Of a DNA stretch of 64,000 nucleotides, positions 13,531-28,827 are shown in pieces. Numbering within the stretch: the stretch's first letter is position 1; every line of letters begins with the position of its first letter. The position numbers were made by a program, and so were the translations under genes. The notes below the pieces were generated by a model. The model was given only the letters and a program-made list of their open reading frames with translations, had not been told where the DNA came from and did not search any database. The DNA comes from the human T2T-CHM13v2.0 reference genome, Homo sapiens, in assembly GCF_009914755.1 (NCBI RefSeq), contig NC_060929.1, one strand, 5' to 3'.

Positions 13531-14986
13531 GCTGAATAGTCGTCCCCATGTTCTAGTCTTTGTGTTAGGATAATAATGGAGATTGATTGCTAAACAGAAC
13601 AGAAAGAAAAGAAATGTGCATTTTTGCTTGCTGTAGATATAGAAAAGAGAAAGAAGTTAATATAAGAATTAGTGTTTGAAAGATAAGCCCATTTCCATGC
13701 TGATTTCCAGGACTCTAGCTGGGTTGATCCGAGCAAGCTTGGAAGTGGAAGTCTTACAGAGTTATGCCTAAAAGAGAATAACTCCAGTGGTTCCAGATAT
13801 AAGATAAAAGCGGGCAGTAAAATAGGTTAAAGCAAATGTGATAATAACATGGAGAACAGATATGTTTATAGACTTAGGAACTCATCAAATGACACAGCTT
13901 GTTTGCTTGACTCACACTGTAAGAGATCCAGTCGTTTGTTACTTTTGCAACAATGAGTATTAAGGAGTTGGCTATTTAATTCGTAATGAAATAAAATATA
14001 TTTATGGGCAAGATGGCAAGATATATTTACACACAAGATGACAGAGCATTGAGACTATTCTATTTCTAGGACTCAAACATAAGTAATTAACTAGAAATGT
14101 AGACAAAGTTTTCCATGTAAATGAGGTAATAACAATACATTGAGGTCCTTGAAGATGGGGTCTATGTCTCATTAATGTTGGATTTTTCATTACCCATATG
14201 GAAATAGGCACACATTAGGCAAACAGTGTAAGTTTGTTTTGTCTATGGAAACTTCTGTATATGAGGTTTTCACACCCTCTATTTATGGGTGACAATCTTG
14301 TTCCTCAAGAGAGAGATATAGTCAGCTTAGATGGTAAAATAGCTGATAGTGTATTTCCAAGATGAATCAAGAATGTATAGGGATTAACAATATCTCCTTT
14401 AGCTGTACATGATATTTTTATTCTCAGATACCAAGGAAAGGTACTTTCCAATGTTATATTTAGCAAGAAATCAAACTGCCATTTCACATAATGCCACAAA
14501 ATGCCATCAGATTACTCTGGAAGCACATTTCATACTTTAAATGATTTTTCTTGTTTTTAAGTGCTGTTAATTAAATAATAAAAGTGAAAGATCCTACTCA
14601 TAATTTAAAAAGTTACTTCTCTTTCAACTTCTACCTAAGGCTCTGAGTTAGTTACATGTCTATGTTTGATAATTAGCTTGAGAACTGCCAAATCCCCAGT
14701 CATAGATCAAGAAAGACAAGTTTTAAAATAAAACTAAATTCCAAAAATTTACAGTTTTCCATTACATCACGAAAGCTATAAGCTAGTAGAATAATTATGA
14801 GGCCCATGCCTTTGATTCTTGAGCTAAGAAAAGAGAAATAATACTCTTTACTTACCTGCCAATTGTGAAAAGTCGTAAGTTCTTTTTGTAAGATATAAGT
14901 TCGTTTACATCCATTGATAAAAATTTCTATTAAATTTTAAAAGGAATCATAGAATTATAGGTAGTATGGCATTTAGAGGCTCTCAC

Positions 14987-15097
14987 CTGAGTAAAGAAGG
15001 GTAGAAATGTGATATGCAAGAAACCCAATATAATGGTTGCTTAAAAAATGATTTTAAGGAATCTGAAGCAGACTCATCCAGGCCATGCTGAAAAGTC
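14987..15097 (-). CDS. KIAA0825: KIAA0825 coding exon, 111 nt, phase 2-2 ([36 protein letters not shown])
   Basis: Acceptor tatttccctAG, donor CAG|GTGAGA, open frame. Confidence 0.9.
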
Positions 15098-15168
15098 CTA
15101 GGGAAATACAAATAATTAGTTTAGAATATACAGGAAGCATTAACTATGACCATTGAAATAACTTTTGA

Positions 15169-15627
<459 letters not shown>

Positions 15628-16639
15628 TAGCCATGAAAAACCACAAGTTGAGATTTAGAATTTTTACGAACCTCTATAAAACAATCTTTACACTTGGGGA
15701 AGGTGTAACAATACTATTATCATTTAATTTTTAAAAATCTCATGTTATATAATTTGTCATGACAAAACGATGAAGAATAGTACAATGAATATTACTTATG
15801 CTTCCCATGAGTAGTATTTTTATGTCCCATTGTTATTTTCTTCAACCTGGATCCAATAAATGCCAGTATTTGCTTCATTAATGTAAAAATTTTAGCATGA
15901 TGGTACCTCTTTTTAATCTTTAAAGTGATTTATAAATATTAAATAATTAATTAGAATTTATAATTAATTTTTTATGCTCCTAAGGATCTAGAGAGGGCTT
16001 ATAAAGAAGAATTTAGTTGTAAAATACATAATTATACTTTCAAAATTAAAACAATGTAACCCGAATATCTGATCTACGGCTATCAACAGTTACTGTAACA
16101 TTTTTCTAGATTGGCTCAAATTCAACTCTAAATCTTGACACAATATAAAAGGATTTGTTACATAAAATCTTTAGCAGATAACTTGGCTAGTAACAAATGT
16201 ATAACAACAGGAGATTATATTTTCCTACACAGAGTTAAGAGTAATGACTGGGAATACTTTAGAAATGGAATTTTTGAGGTAGTACCATCTCTCTTTATAT
16301 ACAGTACAGGAGCAATAGTGTCTTTTGATATCCAGAACAGATTTCCATTTTGAAAATCCACCTTTATCTTTTCACTCCACATCTTGCTTCTTGTATCCTC
16401 ATGCTTTTTCAAATCTGACCCTTCTCTCCCCCTGGTTGTCTTGCTAAATAGAACATCTTCTAATTAAATAGACTTGGACATTTTTTAGACTTTAATATAT
16501 CATCTCTTCTTTAAAAGGCTTTTTTTCTCACTAAATCTCAGATCAAAACAGAAATTCCTTAAATAGGCTTCAAAGTCAGGCTGTAATATTTCCATCCCAT
16601 GTATTCCACTATGTGAGCTAGAGAAGTAGGCAGAAGCCA

Positions 16640-17520
16640 GACCAGGTACCAGGATATGTTTTTCTAAGGAGTTTGGACTTAGTACTGGCAGTAAAGAATC
16701 ACTGAAGAGTGTATAGCATGGGATTAACACTAGCAGTTTTACATTCTAGAAAAATAACTTTAGCAGTAGTGAGGAGAGCAGGTTGGAAAGAGTCAGGCAG
16801 GAGAGAGGGAGATAATGAAGGCAATATTGCAGTAGACAGGTCAGAGAGGATAAGACACTGAACCAAGGTAAGAGACAGGAGATAGTAAGTAGTAGACAAA
16901 TATAAAACATGTTAAATTCACAGAACGAACAATATTCATCTCCTAATGACATGGAGTTGGTGATGGCATGAATGGGAAGATAGAAGGAGAAAATTAAGGG
17001 AAACGAAGAAGCTTAGGATACATTGCAAGTATTTTTCTTAGTTTTAGGTATGTTAAGGGGGCTGCGGACATCCGAAGTACATCCAAGGCATCCAATAGTA
17101 ATTTGGATTTACTGATACAGCACATACAAGAGCTGTCTGGTTTGAAGATATCAGTGTGGAAGTCATCAACATAATGGTATAGCCATAGCAATGGGTGAAT
17201 TCACACTACCCCCCAACCCCCCGCCAAAAAAAAGGAACGTAAGATGTAAAGATCGTCAAAGATAAAACTCTGGAACATACCCACACTTAAAGAAACATTC
17301 AAGCAAAACCAAGAAGGAATAATCAGAGAAGTAGGCCAAGACACAGGAGAAAGTGGTGTTAGAGAAGCCAAAAGAAGAGAAAATGACTGAATCCACTGAG
17401 TTAGCAATCAGGTATGTATGGAGGACCCTGCCCATGTTGTTAGCTTAGCATGCTGAGGGTAGAAGTCCAGTTGCAGTGCACTGAGTGAGTGGTAGGTATA
17501 AAAGTAGACAATGAATGAAA
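16640..17520 (-). mobile_element. L2 LINE fragment, degraded
   Basis: L2-type blocks such as aaggagtttggactt...gaatcactgaagagt and gtcatcaacataatggtatagccatagcaatgggtga. Confidence 0.55.
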
Positions 17521-18554
17521 ACTGTTTTGAGAGGGAAACATAATAGTAACGGAGGAACATTTTTTAATATAGGAGATGTTTGGGGGAAGGAGCCACAAGA
17601 CAAGATAGAAAGGATGTTTAAAAGGCCATTAGTAGGAGGTAAATGCAATCAAGAGATCAGGTAAAAAGATTTACTTTAATTGGGAAAAGAGACATATTGA
17701 TCAGAGAGTAATCAAAGGATGTAGAGGTGAGTGGAGAGAAGAATAATTATTAAAAACAGAAATGAGAAGTTAAAGTGCATTCATGATGGTGTGGATTTTC
17801 TTAGAAGTACAGGGACAAGGCCATCTGCTAACAAACAGATGGGGCAAGATCAGGGGCTTGATCCAAGTGGGGAAGGATGAAAAAAGGAGTTACCCAAGGT
17901 TGGACAAAGAGTGGAATTGCCAAAAGGTATAAAAGGAGAGGTGGGTGATATTCTCTAAAAGTGTACCAGAGTCTGGATACAGCCCAAGAAAGTGAGGGTA
18001 TGAGGAGGACCATGCCACTGCAAGAGAGCTAGGAAAGGGAGGGTGCTGGTACAATGTGACAAGAGATACAGCAAGTGGCCTGGAGAGAAAGGCAGTCTCA
18101 AAGGAAGAGAAAGACTCAGAGAAAATGACGGGACAAGACATGGAAGTCTTGATGAGAGATCAGGAGGGACTGGAGAATGCGGACATACATATCTTTGTAG
18201 CCTTTCTCATAGCCTCTGCCTACTTTCCCTCACACTTCTTTGATCTCTTTGCATAAAATCCCTATTTGTCTAGTTATCTGAGGGCCACTTCATTCCTCTA
18301 AGAATGAATACCTTACCTAGATGACTTCTCTGTCATGTTCAAGTAGCTCCATAGATTGCTCTACCTCTGAAGCTTCTCTGCTAAGTCTTCTCTGACTACC
18401 CTTTCTAAAATATATCCCCTTTCACAACCTCATCCCCCCTCTATGCCCTAATTTTGGTTTGTTTTTATAGGATTTAACTCTACCTCCAATCCCTTTCCAT
18501 TTACTTTTTTATCTGCTCCATACCACAAGGGTAAGGTCATCAAAGGTTATATAG

Positions 18555-18800
18555 AGGTAGTGTATGGGCACATGCAGGAACCGGAGCCAGAGAGCCTGGG
18601 CTTATATCCTTAACATGCTTTTATTAACAGGCAATGCTGGTGGCAGTATATTTAGCCTTCGTTTTCTCATTTGTAAAATGGGAATTAAAATAGTAAATCA
18701 CCTCACAGAGTCAGTATGAAGATTAAGTGTAATAATGTATTTAAAGGATTTAGCAAAGTGCCTTGTACACAATAAGTGCTCAATATAAATAAGATATCAT
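18555..18800 (+). mobile_element. MIR SINE
   Basis: gttttctcatttgtaaaatgggaattaaaatagtaaatcacctcacag...gtgccttgtacacaataagtgctcaata. Confidence 0.8.
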
Positions 18801-20839
18801 TATGAGATAACAACAGTTAGAAATCGTCCTTAAAAAAGTCTATGGCCATTTCAAAACTAACATGAAATTCCTGATAGTCTAAATGGTTGCCTAGCTACAG
18901 TTTTATTCTCATGACTAGATAAAATAATGGAGGGTCTAAAAATAATGGCATGGTTATTTAGTACACAAATTTCTTAGATGACAAACCATTGGCAATATGG
19001 TATTTACCTGAGCATTTCTGCCAGTACCTAAACTGTTTTACTCCACTGACAGTTTCTCAGTCATACTGGTTATAGTAAGGTTATTTGGCTATAAGAGATA
19101 TTATGGCAGATGTTTATGGTCTCAAAGGGAGTGAGATCTGTATGAGCATTTAATTCCACAGCAAGATCCCAAATTAGTTTCATTATTCTAGAGAGTATAA
19201 CAGGGTGAAAATTGGCTCACAAGCCTCAATGGGAGAATGAAATTATGAGCTAGCTATTAGACAACCTCTAATGATGTTTTGGTATACAGTTAAAAGAGAG
19301 GATGCTCTAAATAATTCATAGTGGAGAGTAAAATACAATTGTATGAGCCATAGGATTATATTTTCCACAAGACATAAAAGAATTTTGATACAGCAAATTT
19401 AAATACTTTCTTAAAAATAAATGTCTATAAGTTTGAAGCAGGTACATTTCTTCACATTCCCAAATGAACACACTGTAAAGATGACTTTGCTTAAGGGGAA
19501 AAGAGTGCATTTGGGAAAATTCCTTGCCTTTGTCCTTCCTCCAGCCTCAACTAGCTATGCCCCTTCCTTGCGTTAGCATCGTAGGGCCTCTGTGCCGACC
19601 ACGCCAGCACTCTGTCCTAGATTCACTCTCTCTGGGTTCTCTGATCTACACCTATGTTGCCGGCATTCCTTTTTCCTTTAACAAAACTGATCAGCTCTTT
19701 GGGCTTATGTAGCCAGATGCTGAAAGGAGATAAAAACCAATGCACATCAAAAGTGAGAACAACTGATGAGCTAAAAAGAGTTAGCTGGGTTTTATGCTTC
19801 TCTTGTGTCGTGTTGCTTTCGGCTGCCCTCCCCAGGAGAAACGGGTCTCATAATACGATGTTAATGGAATAAACCTCCATGACTAAATTAAGGTAGCCCA
19901 AGGATGTAAGCTCTATGTGAATGGAGGGTCAGGTTAGACTTCTTGAGTCATCTGTGCCTGCCATGGTGCCTGGGCCATTGGAGGTGTTCAGTAAATAATA
20001 CCAAGAGAAGACCACAACCTTAGAAAAGGCAGAATTAGTGTGAAACTGAATGACTAAGATAGCCCTGAAAAGCTTGAGATAAGTGAGGACATGTGAACCT
20101 TTCTGATGGCCCTAGAATCACAGACAACTACCTATGAATACCAAATTCAAGATTTTAAACAGAATTCTAAGTAGCTACTTCACTTTCAAAAACCGGCATT
20201 ATACCTGAGACTACAAGTTGTTGCCTAAATGTCATTAAGTAACTTTTAAGTGCCTTGAATTTCTCATGATGAAAATAACTCTTTGAGGTTAGCAAATGAT
20301 AATTTGAGGTTAGAGAATAACTGGCCCATAGTAGATTCATGGTAAATACATGGTAAAACAAAGAAAGGATGAATAAAAGGTATTACCAGACCTTGCTTAG
20401 TTAAAAGGAGGATGAGTTTTAAGGGCCATCTGTGAAGAGCAATTGTGGGTGGTAGACAGCCAAAGGGCAGGTTGAGAACAGGACACTAGGTGGAGAGAGA
20501 GAAAGACTGGACCTTGGGGTACACCAGGAACCAGCCAGTCGAATATTCTGGGAGCAGCCCTCTTTAAATTCAATGACTGGCTCTTTTGGGGTATTTTAAC
20601 CTTATTAGGATGATATATAAAGCTGTTTAATTTTGCGTTTTTTAAAAAATGAGATTTCCCTTTAAAAATAATGTTTACAGGAAGGTGGAAAAAGGGAGTC
20701 ATTGAACCTAAACAAAATGGCTAAGGCAAGAAACTTCACTTTCTGGAAAATTTTGCATTCTGCCAGATACCTTTTTTTTAAAAAAAAAAAATCATTTTAA
20801 ATGTGTTTAAATTTCCATTCAGTCTATATTCATTTTCAC

Positions 20840-21460
20840 AACTTTATTGAGATGTATAATTCATATACCACAAGATTTACCCACTTAAAGTATACAATTA
20901 GATGGTTTATACTATATTTATGGAGCTGCATAACCTCCTAAGTATCTAATTTTAGAATATTTTATTCCCAAACGAAACCCTGTATTCATTAGCTGTCACT
21001 CCCCATTCCCTCCTCCCCTCAGCTTCTGGTAACCACTGATCTACTCTCTGTCTCTATGGATTTGCCTATTCCGGACATTTCTAATAAATAGAATCAAACA
21101 ATGTGTGGGCTCTTGTGTCTGGTTTTTTTCACTTAGCATGTTTTTGAGGTTCATCTCTGTGGCAGCACATATCAGCACTTTATTCCCCTTTATTACTGAA
21201 TAATATTCCACTGTATGGATATGCCACATTTTATGTATCCATTCACTAGTTGATGGGCATTTGGCTGCTTTCTCATTGTGTTATTTTGAAAAATGCTGCT
21301 ACACAAATTTTTGTATGGACATAACATTTTGAACACTCCCACACAAATTTTTGTGTGGACATAGTATTTTCATTGCTGGGCCATATGACCATATGCTCAA
21401 CATTTCATATAAGCATATTCTACGCTTAACATTTTGGGGACCTGCCTATTTTCCAAGGTG
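20840..21460 (-). mobile_element. L1M (L1MB-like) 3' end
   Basis: caactttattgagat...tttgcctattccggacatttc...; ORF 21041..21229 MWHIHTVEYYSVIK is the L1 ORF2 C-terminus. Confidence 0.88.
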
Positions 21461-24413
21461 TGCCAGTCACTCCTGAGGTAGGAAAAGCAAAGGCCTATTT
21501 TATTTTCTGAAAGACAGTGAAATAGTTTCTTTTTAAACAAAGGGTAAGGCCATAACCTCGAAAGGCCTAACATTAGTTTGAAACAGAACTATAAACAGAG
21601 CATTGGAATTTGGTGACTAAAAAGCCTTATGAGTGACAACAAATGGACCCCAAGATGAGGCTGCTATTCCTTGGCTTAGTGATCTACCTTCGGGTATATT
21701 TCTGATGACCCTATCCTCTGCATGGCTTGTTGGAAGTTGTATTGAAATCCCACACTTCCATCTTATTAAATGTTGAAATAGCCAGCTTTCAAAAAGTTTC
21801 TACTATTAGGAGTTTTGATATAAAACATCAAAACATTCGGGTAAATATAGATATAGACATTAGATATACATATGAAATTTATTATCTAATTCTACTTTTT
21901 ATTATAGATTTAGGTAGGGCAATATTATTTTAATTTAAAATAAAAAATATCATCAGCTTTTCTTAAATTACTTGTGGCAGATATTACATCTTGCTCATTG
22001 TTGTATCCCTTTTCTTTAATCAGAGGGGCTAGAGAGGCAGCAACATTTGTTGAATTGAAACTGAATTGCATTTACCCAAAATTCTAGTAATTAATTTTTA
22101 ACCTGCTACACATGAACTAAAACTAAAGTCTACTCATCCAAAATGCAACATATGAAACCACTGTGTGGGGATGTGTATGAACATGTATGTGAATATGCTT
22201 CTGAACCTGCAGTTTAACTGCCTTTATGAAAGAAATATAAGTGATAAGCACTTTGGAAAATACATGGTGAATATTTTCTGTTTCAGCATGTTCCTTTCCC
22301 TGGAGAACAAAGTTGAAGTACTCCTTTTACAACATTCTAACAGAAATCTATAAAGGCGAGCTAAAAAAGAACACATATTTTTGCAAACAGGTTTCATTCT
22401 TCCTGAAAAGACTTTAAAATCATGTATTCCTGTCCAGGGATTTCGTGGTCCTACGCTAAGTTCAGAAAGGAAAACACGTTCAGTTTATCCGTCAGAACTA
22501 CTTGAAATAAAGGCAGTCACCTTCTAAAAGGGCATATCACATAGAGTGACAAATGTCAGATACAGTTTATAAAAATTCAATATTATTAACATCTGATTGC
22601 TACTTTTCACCAATTCCTCAAAGAATGTGGTTTAATTTTTTAATGTGAGATTCACAATTTTTTTAATATGCTAATAGTATGACAGATTCATATCTTGGAT
22701 GTGTAAAAAAGCTCAATAAGTCAGTAGAGTTCTTGCAACACACAAATATATTTTTCCCTAATTGGCAAAGAACATGTTGCCCTGTATATTTCATTTGTCA
22801 ATACAAAGCAAAGTATATTTCAAAGATTAGATGTATAGTCTAGGAAAATAATCATGACATTTAAGTAAACATAAATGGATAAAACTTTTGAAATTTTCTG
22901 AACTGAGAAATATTTTAAAAGAATTAAAGTATATCTAGATTTTTGTTCATGCTTCAAAGCAATATAGTTATCTATGTTTTACATTAAGAAAAACCAGAGG
23001 CAGTGCTTAGCGTAAAATGTTCTGTAATCCTGATTGAAATTAGCAATTTAAATTTGCTGAATGAGGTTACAGTGCAATATCTAATGCACAAATCATAGAG
23101 ATTTCAGTACTTGCATAGTTGTTAAAAATGTATCAAAAAGCCATAGGTTAACAATAATGAATGTATGTTACATTATTATTAAAATATGCAATCTTTGATA
23201 ATAATTTATTTGTTTTACAAATGCATTGGGGGGCTAAAATTTTTCAATTCATCTGTGACAAAGCATGAAATTCAATATTGCTCACCATGACCAATCCATG
23301 AAATTTGTCAACTTTGTTCCCGATTTTCACAGGGCCTTCCTCTTAGATGAAATGACCCATTGAACTGAGAGCACAGCAATTTTTTCATCTATGGTAAATC
23401 AGTTTAGTTTCCTAGGATTTATTATGGGCTTCAGACTTGAGCTTTTTACGATTATGAACGATTATGTACATAGTATCAACCGTATGGTGATTTATCTTAC
23501 AGTTTCTTCCCCTTTCTGAAAGAATGCTCCATTTCTAAAAGTAGCTCTCAACTTGGGTTGCTAGAAGGAACATTCTGTAAACAATGGGTTTATTGAAAGT
23601 GAGAGTAGGTGAAGCTGAAATAAAGGCTGTTAATTCTCTTAGAATATCTAATACAAATGTGTCAAAATGTATTAAAAATTAAGATTTGTATGTCGCTTTT
23701 ACCAGAATGTTATGCAAAGAAACACTTGACCTAATTTATCCTTAGAAATAGACATATGTGAAATTTTTACTACCCATGAAGATACAATTATTTAGTTAAA
23801 AAATAAAAGTGACAATTTTGGAGGAGGATATAAACAAAATGGTATTAATATTTTATTATAAGACGTATTCTAACCTCCTCTATAGCATTACAGATTTGAA
23901 TTGAATTAACCAGAAATCAAAAGTAATTCCACATTTCTAGATTTTTCTAAATCTTATTTGTTGAGCTAAGTAAAATATTTCCACATTTTAAAAATGTAAT
24001 TATTATTTCTATTTCCATTTGCCATTGCTAGTTGAGGTATATCTCAAATATAGTTTTCTTTTTCACAGAGTATCAAAAAATCACTGCGATAACCAGGCCA
24101 TCAATATAATTTGATCATTTAAACAACCCAAATAGTGAAACTAAAAATGTTCCTGATTGTATTAGAACTTTATCAGCTGAATGGGATTGACCAATAGAAA
24201 CATAACACATTTTCGGGCACTGAATTGCATCGAGAATTATGAAACTCTGTTGGTTGGTGTTAGTTTTATAAAATGGCCTAGTTCACAGTATCAAAAATGC
24301 ACTTCAGAAGATTTCTACTTGTAACTTCACATAATTCCATAAGTGTTATGAAAATAACTTTGTTAATCACGTTATATCATAATAGCTAAAAGGAAAATAC
24401 ATTTGATACTTAC

Positions 24414-24596
24414 TTATATAATTCTGTTAATGGTGAAGTCAAAATGACTAATGTTGTAAACAGATTATTACAATGAGTGTGAATTTTAAAAATTTTATCA
24501 TCTGTATGCTGATGAGGATTCAAAAGTTTCTGTACAGATGTACAAACTGACCATAACATGTTCTCAGTGCATATCAAAATTGTTGTGACATCAAGT
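24414..24596 (-). CDS. KIAA0825: KIAA0825 coding exon, 183 nt, phase 2-2 ([18 protein letters not shown]...LTSPLTELY)
   Basis: Strong acceptor ttttctttctttccaaacAG, donor AA|GTAAGT, open frame. Confidence 0.92.
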
Positions 24597-26894
24597 CTGT
24601 TGGAAAGAAAGAAAAGAAAATCATGTTAAACAAAATAATGTCTCTGCTTGGTAGGCACTTTCATTCATATCTCTTGTACTAAGCATATGTAAGAATAGAA
24701 GAATTCAGTTAGATACCAGAACTTCAGAGATCTAAACCAAAAAGAAAGTATCAAAGACACTCTTTGAGTTTCTAGGTGTTAGATGACCCACAATACCATT
24801 ATCTTTAGGGATGGTGAGCTCTGTAATAGAGTTTTAGGAGTGCTTTTAAAAACTGTTTCTTTTACATTATTAGGATTCTGTTCAAGAAACTCAAGAGATC
24901 ATCCCGGAAATTATACCGAGCAAAACAGAAACTAGATGAGAAGAAAAATTTGCTATTATCCATGTATATGTATGATAGGTTAAAATTTCATGGCACAACA
25001 ATTCTCCTCACTCATATGTAAGCTGTCAAAAAAAGTTACAAGATTGGTAGCATGTTCTCCCAGCAAGTGGGAGATAAGAAGAAATGACAAACGAAGCTCA
25101 AATCGAGAAGCCTATAGTTTCAGAAATGTTTAATATTAAATAAATTTGTGGAAAATATGCATATTATTTATCTTATTCATAGACTTATTTCTTTGTTTCC
25201 ATCTTTCTCAAGTTTTAATAGGGACCCGAAGATTTCTTTAATTATTATTTTGGCATCTAACTAAATTGAACAGACCTCAGTTAGTTTCTTCTTTTATTTG
25301 TCTTTTACATTCAGGGTTGAAGAAATAGAAAATGAAAATTTTGAAGTGATAAGAAAAATACAACTTTGAGGATCTTTTAAAATGACATTTTGGTCTCAAA
25401 TTTATTATATAATAAATATTATATATTAATAATATATGACACATATATAAACCATATATATGGCTTAGTTATGTGACATTTGGAGGCTACTGGAATACTA
25501 AAAGAATCAATAATAGCCTTTATAAACGTTTAATTTTAGTTTGTACATGCTTTTCCTAATTGCTAGATAAACAATTTCTAATCCAATATATATGGAGAGA
25601 CACACATACACAATCTGATTTCCATAATAATGGTGGTTTAGGATTAACCAGTCAAATAAAAATATTTATATATTTTACTTATAAAAACTAGAAGCAATAA
25701 TTCTAGCATTGCATGGCATTTTTATGCAACCACCCAGAAAATAAAAACCAAAAGTCTCTATTGTACAGTTAATTCATTAAATATACTACCCATTTCTACT
25801 TATTTCATGAGGTAACAGTAAAGCTGATTTCACAAATATCTCATAATGACTTGCCATTTCATAATCAAAAGTGATTTATGCTACATAAGGAAAAGAATGA
25901 AGGTATTCTTTGCTTTCAAAAGGAATTTTCCGTCTATTCTTCAGAGTTCAGTTTTTTAAAAGAGTCTGGTCAGTAATTCAAAACAGCCTGTGCAAAATAC
26001 CATATTTATGAAACACTGCAGCAGGACCTAAATGCCCTTCAAATTACAGCATGCTTTACAAGAACATGATCAGGAAATGATTCCTCCTGCCAAAAAAAAA
26101 AAAAAAAAAAAGAAAGCCTCCCGTGTCTGTAGGTTCCTCCTAAAATATATCTGAAAAAAGATTATTCTACCTAAAAGGTCTGAATCACATTATACAGAAT
26201 ATTTACAAAACAAAAGGCTTTTCTTCATATACATACAAGACCACTGTAGTCATGTAAGCACAATTCATATATTCATTGCCTAGATAACTCATAGAATTGT
26301 ACTAGAATTCAGTCTTATTTAATACTCAGTGACTGCTGCTCCTCATTTTCTGTGATTTCACATTTTGTTGAACTGGCTGTTAGTAACAAATAGTGAAAAT
26401 AAAAGGAAAAAATAATTAGAATATATTAGGAAGAAAATAATTAGGTTTTCTTAATGAAGATAAGCTTCTATATTTAAAGCCTTAACAAAAAACAACTCAA
26501 ATCCCCTGGTTGCCTAGAAGCTCAAATCAAATGTGTCAAATTGACTGCTCCATCATGGCATGGATGCTTTGGTATCAATTTCAGGGACTTAATTTTCTAT
26601 TTTTATCTTATTAACATTTGTGTATCTATATCCTAGATTATAGGACACCTTGAATCATTTTTTAGCAACAAGTGGGTTCTATAGACGATTTTAAGGAATA
26701 AAAAGAACAAACGTATTTTGAATCAGGTTTCATATTTCCACTTAAATAACTCAGGAGAATAGAATATGATTTCTTTTCAGATGTTAGAAACATGTTAAAT
26801 ATATAAGGAGTATGTCATGAGATTCAGAATTCTGCTTTATACCAACTAATGAAAAGTTTTCTTGAAAAGCAATGTTTTTCAGAACTTCAATTAC

Positions 26895-27085
26895 CTTAAC
26901 TGTGGAGTTCTTTTACGGCTGGGGTGGGCCCGAGCGTATCTGGAGGCCAGTAGACTCAAAGATTTCTCCAGCACTTCCACTAGAATCTCCTGGGCTAACT
27001 TAGGAGGCAGAATGGTCCAGAGATCGTAATGAAGAGACCAGCAGAAATAATGCCACATCTGGATCGAGAAGGAACATCTTTCCCC
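26895..27085 (-). CDS. KIAA0825: KIAA0825 coding exon, 191 nt, phase 0-2 ([16 protein letters not shown]...RKRTPQL)
   Basis: Lies within ORF 26891..27103. Acceptor ctttgccAG, donor AAG|GTAATT. Confidence 0.92.
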
Positions 27086-28481
27086 CTGGCAAAGCCAGCA
27101 CACGTTAAACCATAGAGTTACATCTTCTAAAATGTCGATTTGCTTCCTATGAACGTAATTAGTTCAGGCTGAAAGGAAATAGCTAAAGAGTTTGACACAC
27201 TAGAAGACCAACAAAGATTTTTGACAAGATGTAAAACATCCTTATTGACAAAGGAACAGATGTTTTATTTCGAGACTAGATATTCTAGTGCAAATCCAGA
27301 TCACAAACATTTAACCTAGCATAGCCTTGATTTACCTACGCCTAGCCTAGGGTTTAAAATCTATTTTTAAACAACTAGCTTTGTAGTTGCTGAAAAAGCC
27401 ATGCTAGCTTGTTTAAGATAGTGGACTGATTCTTCTAAAATTAAAATCTATTTAAATAATTTCAGTAGGTATATTTTTCTGAGCCTATTAGCATCATTAA
27501 GGTAATTTTATAAATGTTTCAGATTTCGCATTATAATGAAGTAACAGGAGTAAAAATAAACTTGCATACTGCATTCTTAGGAACATTCTTGAAACTAAGG
27601 GGGATGGGTAACTATCGAATATTATTACATTAGGCTATTTTGCCTATGGCATTTAAATAACAATACTAGAAACAGATACCACAATAGTCTGAGTTTACAA
27701 GATTTTCTAAAGCCTAGGCACATATTATCATCATTTCTTAGTATTTTTATGACACTTCATACTTTTAAAGAGTTATATTTTCATTCCTTTCCACCCCTGT
27801 ACAGATCTCTTCTGTGTGCCAAATTTTCCGACTGCAGAGGAAGAATTAACAATGGCCAAGGCCAAGGGGAACAGGCAGAAAGAAGAGTGTGGCCTCAAAT
27901 GATTTACAAGCATTAATCAGGTAACACGTACTCTCAGGGAGGTATGCTAGTAGTTTCACCTTATTTTCTTCAAATCAGATCAAATGATTATTTGAAATAG
28001 GAAGATTAGAATGCATTCCTCAAGCATTATCTTGATTATGTTAATATATCAAAAGTTAAACCAGTAAAATTTCCCATTATATTCCAAGTGATTATCTTTT
28101 ACTTAAAATTTCTGCTTTGTCCACTATCTGTATTTGTCAGGCAAATGTCATGTAAAAAAAAAAAATCTGCTGTTCTCTTATACCAAAAGTTGATCATTTC
28201 TTATGTAGACACTCCCATTAGTATTTTCTTTATGTATTACTCTTCTGGTAGTTTATTTGATTACTAATATCTTCTGCAGCCAATGAAACGATAATAATTT
28301 ATAGTTATTATCTACCGACTTTCAAATGACATTTATAAACCAGTAGAATTTGTATTCCTTGGGTAAGAAACTTGGGCATCAAAATGTCAGAGTCGAGTTC
28401 AAATGGGAGGGGACTTTGGCCACTGACTTCTGATTTCCTAATTAGATGTGCATCTAAACTCTTTAAGAAAAAAGAAATTAC

Positions 28482-28827
<346 letters not shown>

